From Octopus sinensis (lineage: Eukaryota), in NCBI RefSeq assembly GCF_006345805.1, contig NC_043002.1:72230001-72294000 (forward strand): a DNA stretch of 64,000 nt, read 5' to 3'. Below the pieces are notes generated by a model. That model saw only the letters and a list, made by a program, of their open reading frames with translations, was not told where the DNA came from and searched no databases. Positions within the stretch are counted from its first letter, which is position 1; each line of letters opens with the position of its first letter. Positions 52,870 through 64,000 of the stretch are shown here, piece after piece. A program made the translations under genes and the position numbers.

Positions 52870-52970
52870 TATATATAGATAATATAGGATAACATTTTTC
52901 GAAAAAAAATTTTATCAATGGCCAGCATATTAAATAATACCAGGGTTACTTTTTGGACAGTATGTAGTCA

Positions 52971-53730
52971 TTTCTTTATTGCCCACAAGGGACTAAACAT
53001 AGAGGGGACAAACAAGGACAGACAAAGGGATTAAGTCGATTACATCAACACCAGTGCGTAACTGGTTCTTAATTTATCAACCCCAAAAGGATGAAAGTCA
53101 AAGTCGACCTCGGCGGAATTTGAACCCAGAACGTAAAGACAAACGAAATACCTATTTCTTTACTAACCCACAAGGAGCTAAACACAGAGAGGACAAACAA
53201 GGACAGACAAACGGATTAAGTCGATTACATCAACCCCAGTGCATAACTGGTACTTAATTTATCGACCCCGAAAGGATGAAAGGCAAAGTCGACCTCGGCG
53301 GAATTTAAACTCAGAACGTAGCGGCAGACAAAATACCGCTAAGCATTTCGCCCTGCGCGCTAACGATTCTGCCAGCTCGCCGCCTTATCATTGTTAATCA
53401 TAATGGTTTCAAATTTTGGCACAAGACCAACCATACTAGGAGAGGAAGTAAGTTGATTAACTCGACTCCAATGCTCAGCTGGTACTTATTTTATCGACCC
53501 CGAAAAGATGAAAGGCAAGACGCCAGCTCGCCGCCTAAGCATTCTTTTTTACTTTAGGCACAAAGCCTGAAATTTTGGTGGGAGTGGCCAGCCGATTAGC
53601 TCGACCCCCGTACGCAACTGGTACTTAATTTATCGATCCCGAAAGGATGAAAGGCAAAGTCGACCTCGGCGGAATTTGAACTCAGAACGTAGCGCAGACG
53701 AAATACCGCTAAACTTTTTGCCCGGCGTGC
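52971..53730 (-). mobile_element. SINE family B dimer plus adjacent monomers
   Basis: Two units 52971-53386 ending at the head; further monomers to ~53730. Confidence 0.8.
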
Positions 53731-53876
53731 ATTGTTAATAATAATGTCGATGAAATTTGTAATTTTTATCAGGAGTTAAGTTATTGACGATTGCATTGCA
53801 GTTGGAACAAGAGTTGCTGATTGATATCAATGTTTGGTTAGTTTTTAATGTGCATTAGTTAGTTTTTAGTTTTTAT

Positions 53877-54048
53877 AGGCGCAGGAGTGGCTGTGTAGTA
53901 AGTAACTTGCTTACGTGTCACATGGTTCCGGGTTCAGTCCCACTGCGTAGCACCTCGGGCAAGTGTCTTCTACTATAGCCTCGGACCGACCAAAGCCTTG
54001 TGAGTGGATTTGGTAGACGGAAACTGAAAGAAGCCCATCGTATATATG

Positions 54049-54081
<33 letters not shown>

Positions 54082-54126
54082 GCATGTATGTATGTTTGTA
54101 TGTTTGTATGTATGTATGTATGTATG

Positions 54127-54159
<33 letters not shown>

Positions 54160-54392
54160 GTATATGTTTGTGTGTCTGTGTTTGTCGCCCAACATCGCTT
54201 GACAACCGATGCTGGTGTGTTTACATCCCCGTAACTTAGCGGTTCGGCAAAAGAGACCGCCGATAGAATAAGTACTAGGCTTACAAAGAATAAGTCCTGG
54301 GGTCGATCGATTTGCTCGACTAGAGGCGGTGCTCCAGCATGGCCACAGTCAAATGACAGAAACAAGTAAAAAAAAGTAAAATAGAGTAAAAG
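53877..54392 (+). mobile_element. SINE family A, full length
   Basis: ggcgcaggagtggctgtg head through the gtaaaa tail. Confidence 0.85.
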
Positions 54393-54717
54393 ATTAATTC
54401 CAATTTTACTCTAAAGTAAGCAATTAAAAAACATGATTCGCAGTTACTCTTTAAATTAGTAGTAACATAATAATGACAGAATATAAGAGTTCAAGTGAGA
54501 TATATCACATTGCATGACATGTTTAACGGGATTTCTGTATTTTTCGGGGGTCTCCTTGCATTACAACTGCCATGTATTTTCCTTGGTTTCTCAAATTTCA
54601 CTGGATAACCGCAAAACCATAGATTTTATCCTCAGAATCCAACGAGCTGCGTAACGTGTAGCTATCTCAACAATTTTGTGGGCAAGAGCGCCATCTTAGT
54701 CGTGCTATCCAGTTAAA

Positions 54718-54947
54718 CCTATTTCTTTATTACCCACAAGGGGCTAAACATAGAGGGGACAGACAAGGACAGACATAGGTATTAAGTCGATTACATCGAC
54801 CCCAGTGTTTCACTGGTACTTAATTTATCGACCGCGAAAGGATGAAAGGCAAAGTCGACCTCGGCGGAATTTGAACTCAGAACGCAGCGGCGGACGAAAT
54901 ACCACAAAGCATCTCGCCCGGCGTGCTAACGTTTCTGCCAGCTCGCC
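54718..54947 (-). mobile_element. SINE family B monomer
   Basis: Head plus one unit ending ...aataaagaaatagg. Confidence 0.8.
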
Positions 54948-55217
54948 TGCACTTCTCTCTCAGTAGCTTGAATTCCCACAACAACAACAACATTTCTTTT
55001 TCTAGTTATTTCTGTTTCGTTTTATTCCTCTTATTTTAATTTTCTGCATCCTGAACACAAATGGAAAAGATCGTTTTTACGAGCGGATTTTTGACATGAG
55101 AACTTCTGCCGACAATTTCACTATATTCATAATCCGATTCAGTTTGGAAGGTTGCTCTGTGAATCCCATAAATTCAAATATTGTCTGTTGCTTATCTTAA
55201 AGCTTGTATCAAATACT

Positions 55218-55268
<51 letters not shown>

Positions 55269-55874
55269 GTACCCATACTTACGCTCATACACACACACAC
55301 CAACAAAAGTGGCCATAAACCTGATACGAAAATCCTTGAAATTGTGCTTCATAAGGTTTTCTTTTAAGTGAACCGTTTCCCTTCCTACCTTCATACAAAC
55401 CTTCTCTCTTCACCTTCCAAAACTTTTATTGCCAAACTTCCTAATTACCTTTATCCAACCTGTCTTTCCTTCTACTGAAGTGTGTATAGTTGAGACTTCT
55501 GACTGTTTTAAGCATATATCACCTACATTATAGCTATTTAATGTTTCGTTGTTTCTGCTACACCCATGGAACAAAAAGCTTGACTTGAGAAGTCAAGAAA
55601 GAGAGAGGAGAGGAGGCATCCACCTGGGCACTCCAAGTATTAGAAATGGCATCTAAAAACTTTCCTGCAATCTTAAGGAAAAAGAAAGACACAATGGATC
55701 CACATAATTCCTGTTATACCAAGTGTGAAAAATTGCGACGGTCATAACTGAAAGGACTTTAACCATAGATCTGCTCTTTCGCATCTGACCTGTGGCTAAA
55801 GAAGTGCAGCATTAACAACTTGGCTTCCAGATCAAAAACCGTTCACCTTGGGATTTATGTATATAGGTGGAGAG

Positions 55875-56070
55875 TTCCCGAAAAAAACAAAAGACGAAGG
55901 CAGGTGGTGTACAAACAAACAGATGTATTAATATAACGCTCAGGAATAGGAAAAAGTATTTTACGTTTCGAGCCTACGCTCTTCTACAGAAAGGGACACA
56001 GAATAAAAACAAGGAGCGAAAAAAATGTGTGGCTACCGATCTATCATGGCGACTGCCGATATAGTTTGCG
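55875..56070 (-). mobile_element. Solo PLE terminal repeat, same family as 12681-12900
   Basis: aaaagacgaaggcaggtgg...acgtttcgagcctacgctcttc...catggcga shared with the other two copies. Confidence 0.75.
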
Positions 56071-57169
56071 TTTTAAGTTTTGAGGGGTTTTTCTTTCTTC
56101 ACATCCCCGGACATTTTCCACTTTTCTCTTGCACCTTCGTGACCCCTATTACCTATTTCACAGATTTGCTACCGTTACTTATTTTTATCAAACCCTTTCT
56201 TTCTTCTGCTCTTGCTTTGTCAGGGTCGTTGTGTATTGTTTTTGTGATCTTCAAATCCCCTATAACTATGTTGTTGTTTTTAGATAAACCACACATGCTA
56301 TACACTACATCAGTTCACATAATATTTATGTATAAATGCCAAGTTTAAAATACCTAGAAGATGCATCGCCCCAGTGATTAAAATGTTGAGCTCACGATCT
56401 TTAAGGTAATGGGTTCGATTCTCGGATCAGACAGCGTGTTGTGTCTTTGAAAACTGGCACTTCATTTCATGTTGCTACAGCTCACACTGTTATATAAAAT
56501 GAGCACCAATTCTACCTTGGGATTAACACTAACGTCCGTTCAAGTTGGCGGAGTCTTGTGCCCTCATCTTAAACACTTTGAAAATCCGGAAAAGATCTGT
56601 TCTCGTGTTATGAATAAACTACAACCTGCGGGTTCGATCCTTAGCAAATTAGCCTTGAAAGGTGACCGCCCTATCCATATAGAACATTTTCCCCTTTCCA
56701 CATCAATTACGCCAAAAGAATTAAATATTAATGGATGTTTATTTGATTTTAAAAGAATCCAATTTTCTTAATAACAGAAATGCAGAGTTTGCTTTGCTTT
56801 AGATAAATGAAGAGACAAGCAGAATAAATGTAGCTTCGTGAGATTTTTATAATTCCTTTAAAATGAATATTTAACGAGCAAGCCTTTATTCGACAGACTG
56901 ACAGAATACGTTCATCTTTCCAGATGGACAGTTCAAATATCTGTCTTTGAAACCGAAATAATTAAAAGACCTTAAATATTTTAAATATTTTACAAACATT
57001 ATAAACCGTAGTCTTAAAATAGAGGAAATTAATATTTCCACTTATTTGTCGATGTAAAAGAATTAAATACAGCGTAATGAATTAATTTTGTTGAAATTAT
57101 TTAGCCCCAGGTCATCAACGATCGAGAAGATTTGTAATGTAATAAGAGGCGTTCTCGTCATGACCGGCT

Positions 57170-59370
57170 CTCTTTTATCCAAAATATATATCTAGGAATA
57201 CACTATCCAACTTCTCCGATACGAAGAGACACGAACCTTTCCCTGTGACGCAGCACCAACGAGGTGACCGCATAGTTCGATGCGAACAAAGGCAGAGGCA
57301 GGGAAAGGTTCACCCAATTTGATATACTCGATTTTTACCTGACTGTATCAAAAAGGCTACTGATCAAGGCGCTTTCTTTAGCTAGGGCTCCACTAGCATT
57401 AGCGACAAAGATGTAGAGATTATCATATAGGCCAGGAAGACAGTGCTGTTCAACAAAGGCTTGGCATGGGTCAAACAATCCGATCCCACGGGCTCCTAGG
57501 ACGTAGCGATGGGAGCCTGTCCTCTTTGGACTCTACAGATATAACGCCCTCGTCATCTCTAGAGGAACAAGCGGCCATACACTTGATAAACTTAGGAAAG
57601 ACTTAATAAGCACGTTTGTTTCCATAGGATTGAAGATCACCATAGAAGCCAACCTCTCATCAGCGGACTTCTTAAACGTCACGCTCAACCTGGGCTCTAA
57701 CAGGCCTTACCGCAAACCTAACGAGAGGCTGTGTGACACAGCCTCCTGTCACCCACCCATAGTATTCAAGAACCTGGTAAAGAGCGTCAGCAAGAGGATT
57801 TCGAACCTTTCTTCTAGTCAAGAAACCTTCGACGCAGCAGCCCCGTAATATAATGAGGCCCTAGCTGCCAGCGTGTTTAGGATCCGCATCTCCTATATGC
57901 CAGAACCCAACAGCCGTAGAAGGAAGTGCTGCAGAATTAAAATTTGGTCTGCTCCCCCTACTCCCTTTTCACAATAACACTCGTAGGTAGACTATTCCTT
58001 AAATTAATAGATAAGCATTTCATTAGATCCTGTAGATACGGGTCCATCTTCAACAGGCACAACGTTAGGGTCTCGTTTAACTGCGACCCCAACATTAAGA
58101 GCATCCTAGTTAGCTCCTAAGACACTGGAAGAAGTGCGTTGTTCATGCAGGATCCGAAGCAGTTGGCTGGTAGGAGACTGCTGCAAAACCTAAGAGGTCG
58201 TCTATCAAGCCGAGGTTCCAACAGGACAAACCATTAACAGCCGTATGCATGAGAACAGAGTCAGTAACACAGCCACCACCATCGCTACAATGGATGGCAA
58301 CATCGCTAACAACAACAGCAGCGGTATTGCCACCAAATCCAGCTTTACTAATAGCTTCCCCGACATCCACAGCAGCATCGCTACCAACACCAGCCTTACC
58401 AATAGCTTCCCCAACGTCCACGATGCGACACCTGTTTGCCACTATAGTAGTAGTAGCAGAAGCAACAGGCCCAGTTCCATCACTGGCTATAACGACAACA
58501 ACAGCAGCAGCATTATTAATAACAACAGCGACTCCTCCATTATGAGCAGTGTCGATAGCATTACCGTCGCCACCACCACCTCCACCATCGCCAGCACCAC
58601 CCCGGCTCCGACAATACCAGCATCCCCGACCCCATCAAGAACAACAGCATCTGCAGTAGTGCCAGCGGCAGCGACAGCCACAACAACAGCAGCAGCAATA
58701 GCAACGACTGCAGTACAGGAAACATGCGCAGGGGCGAAAATATTACCATCACCACCACCACCACTATCCTCGGCGACGCCAATACTAACACCAACAGTAG
58801 CTGCCTCATCTCCATCAGTGACTACACCACCGGCAGTATCAGCAACAGCAACAACAGCACCTACAACAACAAGCACACCGACATCACGTGCCCACAGAAA
58901 TACTGGGATGCACTGGAAATTCTCTCAAACAGCGTCTTTACAATCATCTGTCTTCCTTCCGAGTCTCCGAAATGAGATACGTGTCATCACTGGCCAGACA
59001 TATCTGGCAACTAAGAGACGAAGGGATGCCATACCCGATCGTATGGAAAATACTCGAGGACCCAGGCTGCTACATCAACGGGACGAAACGTTGCGAATTA
59101 TGCATTACCGAACGCACGAGAATCCTTACAGACTCGGTCGAGAACTCCAGGACGAAGATTTTCGGGCCATGCTTGCATTCTAGGCCGAAGGGAGAGAATC
59201 GTTTACCTTCGAGATTTTCTGATGATCATAAGGTGGAGGCGCGGCCGAATACCGATGAAAAATGGCAAAGGGAGATAATCATCTGGTGTTTGAAGAGGTC
59301 TGAAGATGCGTTGTTGACAAAAGAATTCTTTCTGTAGTCTTCTTTGGATACGAGAGAACAGTCGTAACAG
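57170..59370 (+). mobile_element. Degenerate Penelope-like element, Naiad-type (RT, thumb, linker, GIY-YIG)
   Basis: Fragments RSTNEV..FTQFDILDFY, DVAMGA, GLYRYN (decayed YRDD), LKITIEAN..DFLNVTLNL..PYRKPN..HPP, GRLFLKLIDKHF..IFNRHNVRVSFNC, CSCR..GDCC..VVYQA, GCTGNSLKQRLYNHLSSF..LARHIWQL..WKIL..RCELCITER..CLH. Multiple stops and frameshifts. Clade assignment from recalled Naiad motifs. Confidence 0.85.
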
Positions 59371-59383
59371 ACATACTCACATC

Positions 59384-59446
<63 letters not shown>

Positions 59447-59718
59447 CAAGCACATTCACATTTACGCACATACATACACACACATAACCATGCAGTGGGA
59501 CTGAACCAGTAACCATGGGTTTAGGAAGCAAGCTTCTTGCCACACAGCCACACCTGTGTATGTATGTATGTATGTATGTATGTATGTATGCCTGTATGTA
59601 TGTATGTATGTATGTATGTATGTATGTATGTATAGAAATAATAAATGAATTGAATTTATTATTTAATGATTAAATTACTTAATTATTAAATTTTATTATT
59701 TTGCTTCCATTTCTAATT

Positions 59719-59808
<90 letters not shown>

Positions 59809-59810
59809 TG

Positions 59811-59880
59811 TTTCTTTATTAGCCACACAGGGCTGCACACAGATAGAACAAATTACAAGGTAGAGCTTTTCTTTTGAAGG
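59811..59880 (-). mobile_element. Second copy of the LINE-like 3' end, embedded in (GATA)n
   Basis: tttctttattagccacacagggctgcacacag..acaaggtagagcttttctttt matches 39681-39745. Confidence 0.55.
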
Positions 59881-59909
59881 TTTAAAAAATAAATAAATAA
59901 AAAAAAAAA

Positions 59910-59963
<54 letters not shown>

Positions 59964-60283
59964 TATACTTGTTTCTTTAATACAGACGAATCACATGCTC
60001 ACATATTCAAATAAATTAATTAATAAGTAATAGGAAAACCTGCCTTTCGCCTTTTGTTTAGCGTATCAGTTGACTTTACGAATGAAACTGAATATACTTC
60101 CAGTAAATTATCGTAATAATGATAGATGTGTACGCTGTTATATTAGAAAGCATTTGATTTGATGTTTGGTGAGTGCATTGCGTGGTAAAAGTCTTTCAAT
60201 TAGTCTCTCTGTCTCCCTCTCTCTCTCTCTCTTCTCTCCTTTTTCTTCTCCTCCTCTCTCTCTCTCTTCCTTTCTCTTTTTCT

Positions 60284-60335
<52 letters not shown>

Positions 60336-60814
60336 CCTCTCTCTGACAAATCCACATACACACGCCATTCCGTCATAATTTCCTGTCTATTCTTAATCGC
60401 TATTTTGACTAGAATAGAAAAAACTCGTACACTACTCGAAAACTCACTTGAAAATAGGAATTATATTTCAACTTGCGAGGGCGGTGACCTGGTGGGAAAA
60501 CACTTAACACTGTTTCGTCCGGCTTTCACGTTCTGAACTCAAACTCCACTGAATTTGATTTTGCCTTTCATCCACATTAATTACCAGTGAATCACTGGGG
60601 ATAGATGTAATCGACTCAAAATCGTTGGCCCGCTGGTAAAAATCGAAGCTATTCAATATATCTAACACTTTAGCGTTCACATTACTCTGTCAAATGTAAT
60701 GCTTATTTATTCACATTATTTTGAATTAATCACGCTTTATCTCGTAGTACTGAGATTGTACAATTTTAGAATGACATTGTCGGATAGGTGTGAGATGTAG
60801 GATCTGGTTAGTTT

Positions 60815-61559
60815 GAGCATAATTCAGATAGAGGATTTGGCCCTGAGGATGAATTTAGAGATGTGCCAAGAAGATGAGTCAAAATTTTTCAAAAGACTGA
60901 TTACACAGGATGAAACCTGGGTCCATCACTATGATTCAGAGACCAAAGCCCAGTCAATGCAGTGGAAGCACCGTGACTCACCTCCTCCAAAGAAGGCAAG
61001 GGTGCAGCCCTCCGCTGGCAAGGTCATGCTCACAGTCTTCTGGAACCAGGACGGAGTAGTGATGACAGATTTCCTGGCAAAGGGTACCACAATTACAGGA
61101 GCCTATTATGCTTCACTTTTGAGGAAATTAAGAGAAGCTATCAAAATCAGAGGTGGGGCAAGATCAGCAAAGGCATCCTCCTCCTGCAGGACAACGCTCC
61201 GGTCCAACATCGCGTGTCGCCAGATCAGAAGCACAGGCGTGCTGCTATGAACTCCTCCCCCATCCCCCTTACGCTCCTGACCTTGCCCCCTCTGATGTTC
61301 ACCTCTTCCCAGCCATGAAGTTTTTTTTTGAAAGGAAAGCATTTCACAGATGATGCAGCCTTGATTTCTAAAGTCACGTCGTGGTTGGAGGACCAAGCTG
61401 GGGTCTTCTCACAAAACGGTCTCCACGCTGCATCAAACGATGGAGAAATGCGTAACTCTGGGTGGTTCCTATGTAGAAAAAGACTAATAACTGTGCCAAG
61501 TTTCGTTGCCCTACTCCAATGGGAAGTGGGTCAGGGGCATTACTTATTGAACGCCCCTC

Positions 61560-61561
<2 letters not shown>
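60815..61561 (+). mobile_element. Mariner (DD34D) catalytic domain and right TIR, 5'-truncated
   Basis: LITQDETWVHHYD..KKARVQPSAGKVMLTVFW..LLQDNAP..HPPYAPDLAPSDVHLF with frameshifts; TIR cattacttattgaacgcccctcgt. Confidence 0.9.
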
Positions 61562-61604
<43 letters not shown>

Positions 61605-61799
61605 GTGAACCGCGTGTGTACCGTTGGCGATTTTTTTCCCCTCTGTCTTCCCTTCTCAGGATCTTTCCTTCTCCTATGTTTCCGACGAAGAGCTCCGCTC
61701 GAAACGTTAAACCCTCCTTCTTTCCTGAGCGTCCAATAATACTATATTTGTTCCACGTCCTCGCGTTGTTGTGTCTTTTGTGCTTTCTTGTTTGGATTA

Positions 61800-61802
<3 letters not shown>
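61605..61802 (+). mobile_element. Solo PLE-like terminal repeat, second subfamily
   Basis: cgaagagc..gctcgaaacgtt..ttcctgagcg core shared with the first family; ends ttcttgtttggattaac then (TA)n. The same short end occurs at ~35268-35312 (+) and ~50580-50625 (-). Confidence 0.6.
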
Positions 61803-61838
<36 letters not shown>

Positions 61839-62345
61839 TTTTAGGGGATTTATTTTATTTCTTCTAAATGAAGCTCAAGTGACGAGACTTTCTTAGTTAA
61901 GAGAGTTCCCGGGGTTTGTAAATATGTGGTTGTGTTGGTGTCTGCATGTGTGTATGTGTATGTACCTACATCGATGTTGTTTGTGAACTTGTCTGTGTAT
62001 GAGCATGTGCCTCGTATGTTTTTATATGTGTGCATGTATGTATTTATGTATGTATTTATGTATGTATTTATGTATACGCGTGTATATACGCATATATGTA
62101 TCTTTTGTTTTGTTTTGTCATGGTAGAGCACCGACTGCAAGCGTTTAGCGGGATAAAACGTGCGCAGCACTTATTTTTGAAGCCTAGTACGTATTCTATT
62201 GGGTGACTTACCGAACTGCTAGTTTACGGTAACGTAAACAAGCCAACACCGGTTGTCAAGCGGTGAGGAGGGACAAACACAAGCTGAAAGGCAGACACAC
62301 GCAAAAACATACACATACATATATATATACATAATATATATATAA

Positions 62346-62388
<43 letters not shown>

Positions 62389-62997
62389 TATATATAATAT
62401 AAACACACACACAAACAACACACACATTTCTTAGTCTTTACTGTTTCAGTCATTTGACTACGGCCATGCTGGAGCACCGCAATACACTTCTTTCTGTTAT
62501 CCGTCTACAAATAAAATTGACAAAGCTTTTGGTTGAGCAATAATAGCAGGTGACGCTAAGTGGGACTGATCTCAAGACCCTGTGGTTGTGAAAGTTGCAC
62601 CTAAATATGTATGTAGGTATGTAGGTATGTGTGGATGGACGGATAGTTGTATGTATGTATGTATGAAGGTAGGTAGTTAGGTAGGTAGGTAGGTAGGTAG
62701 GTATGCGAAAATAAATTTTCTTTTTGCCATGTCATCCTGGATTTACGAGAGAGAACCTAGATCAAGACGGACAAGCTGTTATCAGCACTTTTGTGACGTC
62801 AACAACATGTGGAGGAAAAGAAAGATAATGTTCACCTCTTGATGAGGACAAAACCGTAAATTTAAACTGAAACTCCATATTCTATTTTTGCATTTATCAT
62901 AAACAAAATTGAATAGCCACAATCGTACTGCTTTAAGAGAACGAACAAGCAGTGGAATCGCTCGAGTTGCATTCATCATATATATATATATATATAT

Positions 62998-63337
62998 GTG
63001 AAGGCGCATGGCTCAGTGGTTAGAGCGTCGAGCTTACGATCGTGAGGTTGTGAGCTCGAATCCCGGACCGGGCTGCGTGTTGTGTTCTTGAGCAAGGCAC
63101 TTTATTTCACGTTGCTCCAGTTCACTCAGCTGTAGAAATGAGTTGCGACGTCACTGGTGCCAAGCTGTATCGACCTTTGTCTTCCCTTGGATAACACTGG
63201 TGGCGTGGAGAGGGGAGGCTGGTATGCATGGGCGACTGCTGGTCTTCCATAAACAACCTTGCCCGGACTTGTGTCTAGGAGGGTAACTTCTAGGTGCAAT
63301 CCCATGGTATTCATGACCGAAGGGGGTCTTTACCCTT
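62998..63337 (+). mobile_element. tRNA-derived SINE family D
   Basis: ggcgcatggctcagtggttagagcg (A box), tcgaatcccgg (B box), central ttgtgttcttgagcaaggcactt; degenerate copy at ~56360-56520. Confidence 0.8.
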
Positions 63338-63481
63338 TATATATATATATATATATATTATATCTATACAATATGTTACATTACTCGGTAGTCAAGATAA
63401 AACTCTGAGTTCAGATGCGAAGTGGAAATCCACAACACCATCTCTTCGGTTATCTGGCTATATATATATATATATATATAT

Positions 63482-63521
<40 letters not shown>

Positions 63522-63529
63522 GCATTACA

Positions 63530-63572
<43 letters not shown>

Positions 63573-63623
63573 ATATATATATATTATATATATATAATGT
63601 GTGTGATATATATATATATATAT

Positions 63624-63800
63624 AATGACCACTCGGAAGGCCTCCACGACGGTGGAGTTATGATTTCACGAGGGCGATTGAGATCACGTGGATGAGGAAA
63701 GCACGATCTAGAGAGGAGTGGACAGCGTACTGTGGCCAGCTGTGTCAAATGGACACCCGACGGACTGGTCGGTCAAGGTGATCAAGGTGATCAAGGTGAC
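63624..63800 (+). mobile_element. RTE LINE extreme 3' end with tandem tail
   Basis: [25 protein letters not shown]..; tail (caaggtgat)x3. Confidence 0.7.
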
Positions 63801-63854
<54 letters not shown>

Positions 63855-64000
63855 TATGTATGTATGTATGTATGTGTATGTATATACGTACACACACACG
63901 CACACACTCGCATCTTTGAAGCTTATGAGGTTTATTTATTCCTTCAGTGTTAGTTTCATATTGTTATTAATATCTGTTTTGAGTTAGGAGTGACATTCAT

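Noticed and set aside
59218-59365. Hammerhead candidates CUGAUGA (~59219) and CUGAAGA (~59300) at the Naiad 3' end
   Set aside because: I could not build a convincing helix II, GAAA and cleavage-site arrangement by eye; needs a covariance-model search.
57170-59370. Selenocysteine recoding as reported for some Naiads
   Set aside because: No in-frame TGA at conserved Cys positions; the one TGA examined falls at a Trp position and looks like decay.
60660-60815. Possible piggyBac-type MITE end
   Set aside because: Too degenerate and no second terminus; the resemblance is from memory only.
62998-63075. tRNA gene candidates (also 8580, 19133, ~44640-44715)
   Set aside because: A and B boxes are present but there is no complete cloverleaf or acceptor stem, and each continues into a SINE body.

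Overview
AT-rich, microsatellite-saturated metazoan genomic DNA, very likely Octopus (inferred from recalled octopus tRNA-derived SINE families and repeat content; not database-checked). Only one host coding feature is supportable: a large terminal exon of a GT92/DUF23 glycosyltransferase on the minus strand (31239-32181); its upstream exons were not found. The rest is transposon debris: three Penelope-like element (PLE) coding relics and several solo PLE termini, mariner, maT and pogo relics, RTE LINE fragments, a Helentron-type element and four SINE families. The most notable observations are (i) a hammerhead-like motif with a non-canonical core and covarying helices in several PLE termini, (ii) a Naiad-type PLE whose GIY-YIG endonuclease is split by a ~215-codon Asn/Ser/Thr-rich insert, (iii) several long foldback palindromes next to (TA)n tracts, (iv) a mariner-in-mariner insertion with a later block inversion, (v) a 30-bp minisatellite born from an RTE coding motif, and (vi) a multimerising SINE whose tail matches a LINE 3' end in the same window. 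Almost all ORFs in the supplied track are microsatellite artefacts. All alignments were done by eye and boundaries are approximate unless stated.
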